Positions 42,691-56,635 of a stretch of DNA of 64,000 bases are shown here, in pieces. Positions within the stretch are counted from its first letter, which is position 1, and each line of letters begins with the position of its first letter. A model generated the notes under the pieces. It searched no databases, was not told the origin of the DNA, and saw only the letters and a program-made list of their open reading frames with translations. The position numbers were made by a program, and so were the translations under genes. This DNA comes from Eledone cirrhosa (taxonomy: Eukaryota): NCBI GenBank assembly GCA_964016885.1, contig OZ024742.1, positions 231,198,001 to 231,262,000 of the forward strand, read 5' to 3'.

Positions 42691-42972
42691 GAGGTGAGAA
42701 TGACATATATATATATATGTGTGCATGTATGTATATATATATACATACTACTGTACGTCTGTATACATATATGTATGTACGTATACATACATATATTTAA
42801 GTAACAGCCGTACTAAGAGTGAGAAATGAAATTTCGTTTCATTTTTTCCGTTTATCGTTTTCGGTGCCCCAGCCGATTAACTCACTCGATATGCAAATTA
42901 GGCTGCTCAGCCGTTAATATGCATAGGGAAAGTATATACTTTCAGACGTTCAATCATCTGGCAGGGAGGTAT

Positions 42973-43015
42973 ACGTTGCTGAGGATAGCTAATAAGCTTG
43001 AAACTAGTACAGCGT
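42973..43015 (+). ncRNA. Minimal type I hammerhead between ~180-bp direct repeats
   Basis: acgttg-CTGAGGA-t-agct-aata-agct-t-GAAA-ctag-TA-cagcgt; repeats ~42703-42881 and ~43136-43319. Confidence 0.8.
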
Positions 43016-43368
43016 TCCTTTGTCAGTGTTGAACAAATGAGCAACGATGGTTGCTAGACACTGTACGGCTTAATTCGGGATGTTTGTTTACAAACACACC
43101 GAGCATTATAATAAATGTTCGGTGAATCAATACGTACATATATATATGTGTGCATGTATGTATATATATATATATATATACATACTACTGTACGTCTGTA
43201 TACATATATGTATGTACGTATACATACTTATATTTAAGTAACAGCCGTACTAAGAGTGAGAAATGAAATTTCGTTTCATTTTTTCCGTTTATCGTTTTCG
43301 GTACCCCGGCCGATTAACTACTGTACGTCTGTACGTCTGTATACATATATGTATGTACGTATACATAC

Positions 43369-43466
<98 letters not shown>

Positions 43467-43467
43467 G

Positions 43468-43521
<54 letters not shown>

Positions 43522-43915
43522 CTACAAAGTTAACTGTCACTAATATCATTTCAATGAAAGAATAAATTATGTTAATAACTATTAAAATATATTAAACTTA
43601 AGCCAAAATCTCATTTTGGAGGTATATAGGCCAAATCGACTTATATACATAAAAGAAGGGCTTTTCAGGATGATCTTGATAAAATGTTGAGTAAGTAAAT
43701 CCCTTCGACAGCCCTCACAGTTACTGATAATGGCTTCTGTGAGACCATTCACACTTTTTGACACTGTTCGTAGCAACCGTTTGTGCAAAGTATGCAGTGA
43801 GACTAATGAATAGCAGACCTCAGGTTTACTGTTCAAAGTTTCCGATCTCATGAGGTAAGCTATCGCACGCCAGACACCAATCTGGTACTTTAATATATGT
43901 ATACATATATATATA

Positions 43916-44006
<91 letters not shown>

Positions 44007-45107
44007 TGTGTTAGGTTGGGCTGTTTACCAATGCGTAGAACTGGTGATTCTGCTTAGTAAACGATGATGCAATAAACCAAAGCACTCTACGTTATACAAA
44101 TCATCCGTCGTAGATATGGTATTCCATGTCTGTGCAGGGACGGAGTTAAATATCCATTAAAAACAACAGAGGGTCAAACTGGAAAGTTTCTTTAGAATTT
44201 TAATTCTGCGAAAATACAATGCATATTTCGATGGCCCAGTTTCATCATCCGATTATAGTGCAACACATGGGCGATTAGGTGTTAATTGCAAAATTAGTTC
44301 CATAAGATAACATGATTACGGCGAACACAAACAGAGAATAGAAAATAGAAAATAGAGGACCGATTTGATTCGGAGATGGCCTGCCAATTCAGTGTTATTG
44401 TAACGGCAAACCATCTCCGAATGTCGCACAAGTATCAATGCTAAGCATTGTAGGTTGGTAGGCGTGATGGAGGGTTGGGGGTTGTTATGAGATGACATGA
44501 ATTTTACAGTCCTTAAAAAATTCCATTCATTAATCCCTTCCAAGGATTCCACTGTCACAGAAGTCATGGGGTGTTAAACACTGTTCCAGTAGACATTGGC
44601 CGAAAACTAGCGTAGCGTGATCGAGACTTAAAGGGTTAAATTGCTATAGAGCCGTACAGACCTATATAAATTGTATTAAGTAATTAAAAAAATAGTAGAA
44701 ACAAAAACAACAATAAAAATTATAAACAGATATAAAGAATCATAAAGGTTACAAGATTTCAAGAATTATAAGATTAACAAATTGTACAAAAATTATAAAG
44801 TTTTCAAAAAATTATAAATTATGTGTGAATTTTACATTAAACATATTAAGAAATTATATTAAGAAGAATAAAACAAATGCAGTTGATTTTAATCATAATG
44901 TCAAAGATTCTCGAAAGTACATTATTGAATGATAAACGGCTAGTCAAAACTATTTCGCATGTATATATATGTGTTTGTATTAAGGACGAAAATGTGGTGC
45001 GGTGCATCCTCGACTGACGTAACAGTCCTCCTCTTCTCCACAAAGTACAAAGAAAATAGGTCACCAGTGATCGAGTATATTCAAATAATGAAGGGAGGGG
45101 AAATTAG

Positions 45108-45684
45108 TTCTTCTTCTTCTTCTTCTTCTTCGCCCACTTATTCCTGAGAGGGTCGTAGGGGTAGAGTCCTCAAACACTCCTTCCAGTGGGTCCACTCAAA
45201 AGCAACCTCTCTGGCTGGATCCCCAAGCGTAACCAGCCAAGGTTCATGGATGTTATCAAACCATCTTGCTCGAGGTCTACGCCTGGGTCTTCTGTCGGTT
45301 GGTTTTTGCCTGTAAAATCTGTAGCCCTGTGTTTAAGCACACCTAAGCACAGTGATTAATCCGACACTCATCCTCTCCAGAAAACCTGCGCAGTGCACTA
45401 TATGTGTGAATGGAGTTCCACTGAAGCAAGTAGAGAAGTTCAAGTATCGTGGGGTCGTATTCACGAGTGATGGAAGGCAGGGGGCTGAATTAAGTCCATG
45501 ATGCAGTAATGCGCCAGCTTCAGCATTCAGTAATCAGAAGAGGAGGGTAGGTGTATAAGCCAAACTCTCTATCTTCAATTCGGTATTCGTGCCAACCCTT
45601 ACCTATGGTTATGAATCTTGGGTAATGACCGAAAGAATACGATCGCGAATACAAGCGGTCGAACTGGGGTTCCCTGCACAGGGC
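45108..45684. mobile_element. RTE LINE 3' fragment with (GAA)n tail, broken by a local inversion
   Basis: 45108-45323 minus (RRPRRRPRARWFDNI, tail); 45369-45684 plus (VEKFKY, PTLTYGYESWVMTERIRSRIQA). Confidence 0.8.
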
Positions 45685-47374
45685 CCCGTTGGCCAGGGGG
45701 CCCATCTTTCTGCCAACAAAATATTTTACGATGAATTTTTCAAAATTTTTCAAATGCCAACGTTCAAAGGGGCCTTATAACTTAACTAGTACAGGGCCTC
45801 ATTTGTCCTAAATCCAGCACATCCAATGAGATATAAATAGTCGAAAAATGTTTTCGCATAATTAAAACAATTTCTTTTTTTTTTTAGAATATTAATGATA
45901 AATCTAATTCTGATACAACTCCAGTTTTTAATTAGAAACTTATGCTGCGGAAAAAATAAGGGATAAACATCTTCAGCTGTCCCTCTGTATACAAAATTTA
46001 TAGATTATCTTTATGCATTTCTGAAATGCATAATTTGTCCCTTCATAAAATAATATCTACCCCTATGATTCTGTCTACAGAGGAGTGCTACTATTACAAG
46101 ATATATTTAAAGTGAGGTGTAGATTATAGTTAAAACGGTGAGTAATTTGGATGGTGGGCATACATTTACTGACATAATTTTAAAGTGCTGTAATAGTATT
46201 TTTACTCTGTGTACAGTACTCAGCGTGATAATTATCTACTGGTGATGGTACAAAAATTTCCGAAAAGTAACAAAGATAATCGCTAATGTTGTTTTTTTTT
46301 CTTCTGTTTACAGAGAAATAATTGAAAAATGTTTATACTTCAACATTTTCACTGCGAAGACTTCAAATTTAAAAAGCTATATCTTAAATAAATTTACCTT
46401 AAAACTTCTCATATTCGCTGTGTTCTCGTGTAAATATTTATTATTCAGAAAAGGTTGCTTTTTGTTTACATTCTATGTCCTTTAGTTACTGTCTCAGTTC
46501 AAGAGTTGTTGGAGATTTTTTCCTTATTTTCTTTTTACAGTTTTAAAAAGAAAGAGTATCATACATGGTCTTATTTCAGTGTCATGGATAAATACTTTAC
46601 GGTATTTGTTCCGGTTCTCTGCGCTCGGAGTTCCAATCAGACCGAGGTCAACTTTGCTTTTCATCCTTTCAATAAACCAAGTACCAGTCCACTAATGGAA
46701 CTAGTTATCTCTCTTTCTATCTTTCTATCTCTCTCTTTCTCTCTTTATATCTCTGTCTTTCTCCCTTTATATCTCTCTCTTTCTCTCTTTATATCTCTCT
46801 CTTACTCTCTCTCTCTTTCCCTTTCTCCCTTTCTCTCCCACACCTATCCCTTCTCTACGGAGAAGAAGACGATGAAATCGACAATGTTACGACCTGGAGA
46901 GAGATGGACTCCGTCGCATTTTTAAAATGCCCGAGATACACACGTGACGACAACGCCCCTACGAACCCATCAAGATAGTACTGGGGTTGATTATTTTTCT
47001 CTCTCACTTTCTCTCGTTGTCTCGACTTGGAGAGAGTTCCACTAGGTTTAAAGTTCCCACACGCCGTGTAACATGACAACACCCCTACGAGTCCCACCAG
47101 TTTTCAGGACACATAGATGAATGGACGGAACTAGTTAGCGAGATGAGTAAACAACCAACAACTTATGTGTTTTCTGTACACCAAGATATCAGATTATTCT
47201 CAGGCACGAAATACCTGTACAACTATTTACAACAGAGTGGTCTCTGCTACATACAACCGGGATATTTCATTTACGCCTACCAACTCCTACAGAAAAGTGT
47301 CAAGTGAAGATTTAAAATATAATTATAAAGAATATAAATACACACGAACGCGCACACACGCGCACACACACACA

Positions 47375-47477
<103 letters not shown>

Positions 47478-47652
47478 AGGTGTATTATTGGTTGGATCAA
47501 ACGGGGCAAAAAAACTTTTGTGAGCAATATTAATTCTCCACGCTTTTGTATATCTCCAATTCCATTTATGGGAACAGCTAGATGATGTAAAACGGAGTAT
47601 TTGTATCAAAATAAAGATCCGAAGGCATGGTATAAATTTCCGATCATTTTAA

Positions 47653-47726
47653 TCACGACACATGTTTCAATAAGAGATAGATAGATCGTGTAGCCATGAT
47701 CGATTATCACTGATCTCGTCAGGCGA
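47653..47726 (-). ncRNA. Type I hammerhead with imperfect long helix II
   Basis: tcgc-CTGACGA-gat...att-GAAA-catgtg-TC-gtga. Confidence 0.6.
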
Positions 47727-47909
47727 AAATGAATTGTCTTCAAATCCTTGATATGAAGGAAAAAAATTAACGGTCTTCACTCACAGAGTTTAGTCCTTCA
47801 TATGAAGATCAAGCAGTCAAAACATGGCGACTGCTATCGTCCTCAGTTAGGGTCATAAAACTATCAAGTTTCTATCTCCCAATAGCTGAAAAAGACGCTG
47901 GACATCAAT

Positions 47910-48151
47910 CAAATCTGTAGAATTACAGTCGGTCACAGTTAATGTGAGTGAGTACACACACACTCACACACGGCGCAAGGTTAAAGGAAAAATATAAATA
48001 TACCAATAACATTTGTTGTTTTGTAAACTAACTTTCGGTGAATACTATGTTGGTATATTTATATGTTTTCTTTGACCTCACGTCGGTGTGTGTGTGAGTG
48101 TGTGTGTACTCACTCACACTAACTGTGACCGTCTATAGTTCTACAGATTTG
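47910..48151. repeat. ~100-bp imperfect inverted repeat, with a third partial copy at 48156-48242
   Basis: caaatctgtagaa...ataccaa / ttggtat...ttctacagatttg. Confidence 0.85.
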
Positions 48152-48239
48152 TTGCTATGTCGGAATATGTATATATATTTTTTTTTCTTTGACCTCGCGC
48201 CGTGTGTGTGTAAGTGTGTGTGTACCCACTCCCATTAAC

Positions 48240-48358
48240 TGTATTATATATAGTGTAGAGATAAGCCGGGGCTTTAAACAATGTACCATTTCCTTTACCG
48301 TAAAGGAAATGGTACATTGTTTAAAGCCCCGGCTTATCTCTACACTATATATAATACA
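48240..48358. repeat. Perfect 59-bp palindrome with a 1-nt centre
   Basis: 48240-48298 is the exact reverse complement of 48300-48358. Confidence 0.95.
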
Positions 48359-48735
48359 CCCCATGACAGCTTTTACATGTCAATTTCATACATCTGCCTC
48401 ATATCAGCTCGTTTTACATGCTAAAGTCATAAGTATACTCTATGTCTTACTTAGATTGATGTTGTGATTATTTCAACTAATTTATTGCTAGCATTGTTAG
48501 TATTGATGTTGTTGTTCTGATTTAATGCCACTACTATATATAGAAGCCATGCCTGTGTATTCCCTTCATTCGCACAAGCTCTGATGAATTGACTGGTTAT
48601 AACTATGTATTGGTGATCGATTGACGCAGAAACAGGCGGGTAGCAATCTCTATACCTACCAGTTCAGAGAAACAATTGTCAGCAATGTGATTAAAGCCCT
48701 TATTGTATAGCAAACCGTGTCACTCTTCTTTCTTG

Positions 48736-48800
<65 letters not shown>

Positions 48801-49104
48801 GAGAGAGGGGGATAAAATATATATATTCTTTCTCTCCCACTCCTTTTTCCCTCTCTTTATCCATTAACTCTATCCCATAATTCTCCTTCTAATATCTCCT
48901 TTAACTTCTACTTGCCTCCTCATTCTATCTTTCCAGTCAGAAGGAGCGACCTGAAATAAAGCATTTTGCTTATGACCATTCCATGCCACCCGAACCATAT
49001 GATCGCGAGTCCAATACCTTAAAAACTAGAATAAATATCATCTATTGCTGTGTGTGTGTGTGTGTGTGTGTGTGTGCTTATAGCTTCACTTGTTTGTATG
49101 TATG

Positions 49105-49416
49105 GTCCCGATAGAGTCGTAGGAGTGTTGTATTGACATACGACGTTTCTCGGAGATTTTAAGCCTGGCGGAGCCTATCCCTCTCCAGACCTGAGTACAG
49201 CAGATTTCTTCCAGAGAGAGATAGAAAGAGAAAATGAGAAAGAAATATGAAGGAAGAATCGACCGTAGTACTAGACTGGTACTTTTTTATCGACCTCAAA
49301 AGGATGAAAGGCAAAGTTGACTTCGGCAGGATTTTAACTCAGAGAGCAGAGAGCCGGGACGAATACCATAAAGCATTCTATCCGATGTTCTAACGACTCT
49401 GCCAATTCGCCGCCTC
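49105..49416 (-). mobile_element. SINE subfamily with CT-rich spacer and LINE-like tail (sister 46590-47100 +)
   Basis: Same head and central motif, then CT tract, then ...caaca(c/t)ccctacga. Confidence 0.6.
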
Positions 49417-49958
49417 TGCTAACTGTTTACTTATATCTAAATAACATACATTTCTGATCAATATCAATTATTATAGATGTTTCTTTTTTCTTTACTTATT
49501 TCTCTCAAAGAACTCTAAGCATAGAAGTTTTAACTATATCAAATAAAGCAATTAGGTTAAAAACAGAAAGAATTATATTAGGAAATTAAAAATCAAAAAC
49601 AAAATTCTTGAAACAAGATTTTGAAATATATGAAAGACGTTGTTTGATACGGAAAATAATTATTTAAAAATAGCGCAACGAACAAACATAGTTGAAAGCA
49701 TATTAAATGAATCAAGTACAAAATTATACTAAGAAAGAGCTGACTTGTTCGACTGAATGTAACCATGTAGATAAGATGGGTCTATAGTGAAAATTGAACC
49801 ACCACCTTCCTTTATTATCAGGTTGTTCAGAAATTAATGCCGGTTTTGAAACATTAATTTCAAAATGACATGTTTAAAATGTATGTGGGGTGTTAGAGCG
49901 TGGGAGAGAGAGAATGTGTAAGGGATAAATGGTGTGTGATAAGGCCAGAGAGAGAGAG

Positions 49959-50203
<245 letters not shown>

Positions 50204-50489
50204 AAATGAGGATTCCTATTTCAGGAGATAGGTAAGGCGAAAGAGAGAGTGTGTGAAGAATACATTTTATTGAACGAAGTTAAAACCATTAGAATCAACA
50301 CATTTTTAGCAACAAAATACAAGTTTATAAATTCTGGTAACATAGAATTCTGAAATTTTGGAGGTGATGAATTCTGTGAAGACAATATTGTGGTTGTTTG
50401 GCTGTTGAAGACTTTTTCTTGCAAGTTGTCAAAATACTTGAAGAAGTGGTAGCTGGTTGATGAAAGATTTGGTGAGTATGTTGGATGAG

Positions 50490-51007
50490 TATAAACGAGA
50501 ACGTAACAATCCTCTGGGATTTACCTGTGAATACTGACAGAACAATCAAGGCCTACAGACCTAATAAATTATGAAGGACCATGAGAAGAAAACATGTTTC
50601 TTAATTGACATGAGCATTCCATCATATCATAACATCTCAAAAGAGTTCGGAAATTATAAAGATCTATCAATTGAAATTAAGAAAATGTGGCATCTCAAGG
50701 CCCGTACAATACCAGTGATAGTCGGTGTACTTAGAATAATAAAAAAGGGTACTGAAAAATATTTGAACCGGATACCTGGAAAGCCATCTCTGCAAGATAT
50801 ACAGAAAATAGTGCTGACTGGCACTACCCATGTCCTGAGAAAGGCATTAGCAATTTTAAAACTTTGCAAGGACATTTATTATTGTTTGTGCCCTTGTGGC
50901 ATCATTTATGTGACAATTGATTGTAAAATACATTATCAAATTGTGCCTCATGTGCCAGGTTGACACTTAGCAGGATTTGGGAAAGAAGCAAAAGGAAGTT
51001 TCAAATA
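50490..51007 (+). mobile_element. R4/Dong-like non-LTR element 3' fragment (RLE domain)
   Basis: NVTILWDLPVNTDRTIKAYRP, CFLIDMSIP, EIKKMWHLKARTIPVIVG, IQKIVLTGTTHVLRK; TAA-rich 3' flank interrupted by a SINE. Confidence 0.85.
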
Positions 51008-51009
51008 AT

Positions 51010-51150
51010 GATTTCTAGTATAGGCACAAGGCCAGTAATTTGATGAAAGGCAAAGTTAACCTCGGCGGGATTTGAACTCAGATCATAAAGGGCCTCTATG
51101 CTGCAAAGCATGGTGTCTGACGCTCTACTAATACTGCGAATCCACTGCAA
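51010..51150 (-). mobile_element. SINE, internally deleted
   Basis: Reverse complement of head and central motif. Confidence 0.8.
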
Positions 51151-51549
51151 ATAATAATAATAAATTTTATTATTGCTGTTGTTTCCAATAAAGAAAACAT
51201 TTAAACTTTTATTTTAATGATTAATAGTTTGTTTTTCTTTTCTTTTCTTTCTGATTCTCTTCTCATTCCAGCAGAAACCAAATTTAGATTGCGACGATGT
51301 TAAGAATATGACCAACATATTTACATATATTGTACATATTCATTTAATCAAAATGAGATAAACACTCTGAAAAAATACTTTGTTTTCGACTCCAACATCT
51401 TAATCTATTGGAAAATTACAATAGCAAAATATACAATATTTGTTATTTAATACTGGCTGAGATACTTTCATGAAGCATATTATTGCTATTGTTATTGCGT
51501 TTGTTGTTGTAGATAGTGTCTGTGGTAGTGTAATTATTATTATTGTTAT

Positions 51550-52047
51550 TGTGGATTGGCAGTATCGGTAGAGGGTCGGACTCCATGCTTTGCATCATAG
51601 AGTTATGGCCCTTTACTTTCTGAGTTCAAATCCCGCCGAGGTTAACTTTGCCTTTCATCCTTGCAGGGTCGATAAAATAAAGCAGCAGTAATTCACTGGG
51701 GTCCATTAATCGACTTTCCCTCCCTCAAAATTGCTGGCCTTGTGCCAAAAGTAGAAACAATTATTACTATTATCCTTATGGGGTAGATAAAATAAAGTAC
51801 CAGTAATGCACTGGGGTAATTGTTGGCTTTGTGTCTATATACGAAATCATTATTATTATTGGCGGTGGATTGGCAGTATCGGTAGAGGGTCGGACACCAT
51901 GCTTTCCAGCATAGTTACGTCCCTTTACGATCTGAGTTCAAATCCCGCCGAGGTTAACTTTGCCTTTCATCCTTACGGGGTCGATAAAATAAAGTACCAG
52001 TAATGCGCTGGGTAATTGCTGGCCTTGTGCCTAAAGTAGAAACAATT
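51550..52047 (+). mobile_element. Tandem SINE cluster (51550-51767, partial 51772-51850, 51861-52047)
   Basis: Repeated A/B boxes, central motif and ATT tails. Confidence 0.9.
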
Positions 52048-52769
52048 ATTATTATTGGTTGTTGAAGTACGAAGACGTGATTTGTGAGCTCGTGAGTTTT
52101 GTCATATTATTAGGCAGTGTTTTTTATCTGGAATTGTATTATTGTTTTAGAGATAAAGGACTCAGTCTCCGTGTGAGGTGATCCTTTTTTCCATATTTGC
52201 AGCCCTACGGGGCTAAATTGGTGTTGTTTTTTCACAAACACGCCCCTCAATTTGGAAAAATAATAAAAACAAACATGGTGGACACCAAAATTTCACCCAC
52301 AAAATAGAACAACGGTTTGTTCAATCCAGAGAACAGTCATGTTTCGGTCAACAGCAGTGACAGCAACAGCTGTGTTAAACATTTAACGCCAACGCCAGTA
52401 CAGACACTACCACCAGCGCCGCCACCACCACTGCCAACAGCATCAACACCAGTAGCAGCGGCAGCAACAACAACAACAACAACAACAACTACTACAACAG
52501 AAGCAACAGCAGCAGCAGAGATGAAGAGCCCTCAAATAAGGCAGGAATCACTCAAACGACCTTATCCTTCGCGAGGGCGGCTAAAAACGTAGAAAGGGTC
52601 TACGTCAAGAACAAGGAGATGAGGGAGGCCAAGTTCTTCCTTAAAAAGAAGGGGCACAGGGTCAACCTCACCCATCCACCCTACGTCTGTGTACGGTCTC
52701 GTACCGTACAATTGGATACAAATCGCGTCGGATAGAACGGGTGACCAAGTTGTACAGACTAAAGGAACT

Positions 52770-53660
52770 ACTGCAACTGATGCTGCTAAGCATATAAAAT
52801 CAATGGCAAAAGTAAAAGGGCAAGATAAATTAGCATTAAAGTAGGAGCATAAATCTCTATATGATATGTGGCCCATAGCAAACAAGCTGATGTTGACAAG
52901 AAGCGCACCCATACATAGCTCAGGGCTAAAAGCAGAGAGCGAAGGCTTCATCTTAGCTGCCCAAGATCAAAACTTACTGACACAGAATTACCAGCCTAAT
53001 GTAATGAGAAATGGAGTAAATCCAAAGTGCAGGTTCTGCAATGTTGATGTTGAAACAGTGGGCCACCTAGTTTCTGGGTGTAAAGTTTTAACACCAGTAG
53101 AGTACATATCTAGACACGACAGAGTTGGCCAATATCTACACTGGTTAAGATGTCGGCATTATAGCATCAAAACTACTGACAAGTGGTACAATCATCACCC
53201 TGAGGCTGTAACTGAAGGGGAAAAAGTAACGATTCTTAGGGACTTCCCTGTACATACTGACCGGACCATAAAAGCTATTAGACCAGATATCATTGTTAAA
53301 GACCAACATAGCAAGGTATGTTTATTGATTGATGTGAGCATGCCATGTGATCACAATATTGTGACAAAAGAATTTGACAAGCTAAGAAAATATAAATATC
53401 AGTTCATTGAAATTGAAAAAAATATGGCACCTCAAGGCGGTTACAGTACCAGTGATTATAGGAACCCTGGTAATGATCAAGAAAGGAACAGAACAGTATT
53501 TGAGAATGATCCCTGGTTTACCCTCTCTGCAACAGATGCAAAAAATTGTTTTAACTGGTATTGCTCACGTATTGAGAAGAGCGTTATCGCTCTGAAAATT
53601 ATAATCAATTTGGTGTGTTACCTAGCTTACCAATTTATACAGTGAGTTTATTTGCCCTGG
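52770..53660 (+). mobile_element. R4/Dong-like non-LTR element C-terminus (CCHC knuckle and PD-(D/E)xK RLE), frameshifted
   Basis: ESEGFILAAQDQ, CRFC...HLVSGC, RHD, RPDIIV, LLIDV, K..KY. Confidence 0.9.
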
Positions 53661-53787
53661 GCAATTTATACAGTGAGTTTATTTGCCCTGGGCAATTTAT
53701 ACGGTGAGTTTATTTGCCAACGGAAACAATATTGAAGGAAAATGAAAAACAATATTAATAATAGATATAGATCGAAGCTATATGATA

Positions 53788-53919
<132 letters not shown>

Positions 53920-53921
53920 GT

Positions 53922-53984
<63 letters not shown>

Positions 53985-54437
53985 CATGTTATATACACAC
54001 AAACGCAATTGATTAACAAACCGTACCGAATAACTACAGCTATTTAGCATTTCAATCACCCAAATCGATAACAAATTGATCTCATATAATAGATTATTCA
54101 TTCTCTTACTGTGGAAGAACACACAACATTGTCTTCGAGAATGAAAATATCAAATATATAATCTTGGTAGTGGTACAATGGTAACAACGTTACGATGTTT
54201 CGTAACCAATAGATTCGTGGCTGAATGATTGAAGCTGTTATTAAGTATGTGGAAGCGATTGATTGGCAGAATCATTAGAGCGTCGGAAAACAATGCGTTG
54301 CGGCATTTAGTTACAGTCCTTTTACATTCTGAGTTCAAAACCCGCTGAAGTCAACTTTACCTTTCAACCTAAAATAAAGTACCTGTAAAGTATTAGAGTC
54401 GATTTAATTTGGCCTCGTAATGTCAATGTAAAAACAG

Positions 54438-54486
<49 letters not shown>

Positions 54487-54991
54487 TATATATGCAGCAG
54501 TATGAAATTTGTAGAAATTTCTAGAAAAAAAAAAAATTTATACAAATTTCATACTTGACGACCCAATATATATATGTGTGTGAAATGTAAATCTGAGTTT
54601 TTCGAATATTAATAATAACTATTGTTTTTCGAATATTAATAATAACATGTAGTGTGTATAGTTAATATTATACCCAAGTATATATACATGTAGATATGAT
54701 ATGTCAAATAAAATCGTAATTGACAATATACACATAAATTGAACGAAGACTGTGTTACACTGTTTTATGTAATCAGTAACGTAATCCATGATACATTAAA
54801 AAAAGACGATATTATATATAAACTGCATTAGGAGAAAATTAGTGACAGAAAATTAGTATATTTATTTAAGCGATGGCCAACCGGAAGTGTTGACATTTCA
54901 GAAATTTTAAAGAAGTGAATATATTTAATCAACAGCCACGAAATTTACTAGATAAATTATGTAATATTCATTCATTATTTATTCAAAGTAA

Positions 54992-55297
54992 CCGTTGGAT
55001 TGGCAGTATCGGTAGAGAGTCGGATGCCATGCTTTCCAGCATAGTTACGTCCATTTACGGTCTGATTTCAAATCCCGCCGAGGTTCACTTTGCCTTTCAT
55101 CCTTACGGGGTCGATAAAATAAAGTACCAGTAATGTACTGGGTTATTGCTGGTCTTGTGCCAAAAGTAGAAACAATTATTTATTCAAAGTAATTCCGCCG
55201 AGGTTAACTTTGCCTTTCATCCTTACGGGGTCGATAAAATAAAGTACCAGTAATGCACTGAGTAATTGCTGGCCTTGTGCCAAAAGTAGAAACAATT
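54992..55297 (+). mobile_element. Two SINEs inserted at one target site
   Basis: attatttattcaaagtaa three times (54974, 55175, 55295). Confidence 0.9.
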
Positions 55298-56392
55298 ATT
55301 TATTCAAAGTAATCCAACTTATTTTACTAATGGGATAAAAAAATGATAAACCGTACGCAATCCCGCGCTCTCCCTTTATTACAGTTTAGATATTCAATTC
55401 GTTTACAAACAGCCTCTGAAGTCATGGGAGTAAAACGACCTCGTCATTCTTGCTATTGTGTTGGCATATAAACAGAACGGCAGACATTAATGTTTCTGGA
55501 TGATTACCCTTCATCATTACCGTATATTGCTTACCTACAACTGTCAGAGCTAGTGAAAATATATGATATTTTGGGGCATATAAAGTGACTAATCGGCCTA
55601 ATTTGCATATCAGCAAACTGCCTGATCAATCAGATCTGTATATTATCAGACCCATTAGTGTCTGCCATTCTGTTTATATGCCAACACAAGAGCAAGAATG
55701 ACGAGGTTGTTCTACTCACATGGCGTAAGAGGCCGTTTGCATAATTGAAAACGAATCTAATATTATTATTAATATTCGAAACACTCGGATTTACATATCT
55801 TGTATTCGGCCATGTAGAGCGATAAAACTATTTGTTAGTTATTTGACTATAGCAAAGCCGGCCATTAATCGCTCGTATACATAAAACTGACTGGCCTATC
55901 TGCTGGTATGCAAGTTTGGGTGATCAGCGGGTCTGCTAATATGCAAATGTCGTAAGTGAAGCTCCAATTTTCGTACTTACTAAGCGCCGATGAAATTAAT
56001 TTATAAAACGATGTAAGAAGCACTGACGCAGAAAATAACTGCAGCTACACTCAGTTGCCACAAAACAGGCTATAAAAATCGAACAAACACCTCTAGAAAC
56101 GGAAAAACACCGAGAGATGCGGAGTTCAATTTTTCCTATCGGCCGGTAGCAGCATCATTTCGTTTCTAGGGGTGTTTGTCCGATTTTATAGGCTGCTTTG
56201 TGGCAACTGATTCTAGTTTCAGTTATTTTCTGCGTTTGAGCTTAGTTCATCTTATATATATATATTTCTATTTTAAGTTGAGCCAACTAATACAGCTTCA
56301 TATGCAAATGAGATTAATCACCTCATTAACACAGACGAAAAAATTATATATTTTTGCCTGTTTCAAAATCCAGTAGTAGCGAGAGGGAAACA

Positions 56393-56434
56393 CCGTCCTG
56401 ACGAGAACCATTTAAGTTCGAAATGCATCGACGG
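56393..56434 (+). ncRNA. Canonical minimal type I hammerhead
   Basis: ccgtc-CTGACGA-gaac-catttaa-gttc-GAAA-tgca-TC-gacgg; helix I extends to agggaaacaccgtc/gacggttgtctccct. Confidence 0.9.
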
Positions 56435-56599
56435 TTGTCTCCCTTGCTTCTGCCAGACACCGTTCGGCGGTGCTGACCGCCAGTGTTATATTCATATTTA
56501 TGGCTTTCAGAATGTTTATTTATAAACATACCGTATTTCTTTAGATATACGAAATTCACATACATATTTCTATACAGCTATTTTCGAAGCTAAATTCTA

Positions 56600-56635
<36 letters not shown>

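Noticed and set aside
33466-45980. Isolated CTGANGA hits (33466, 35577, 42319, 45971; also 13412 and 31477)
   Set aside because: No helices or correctly placed GAAA/UH; expected by chance.
52155-52225. HDV-like ribozyme hint (gccc-tacg-gggc-taa-attgg)
   Set aside because: P1, P1.1 and L3 could not be built.
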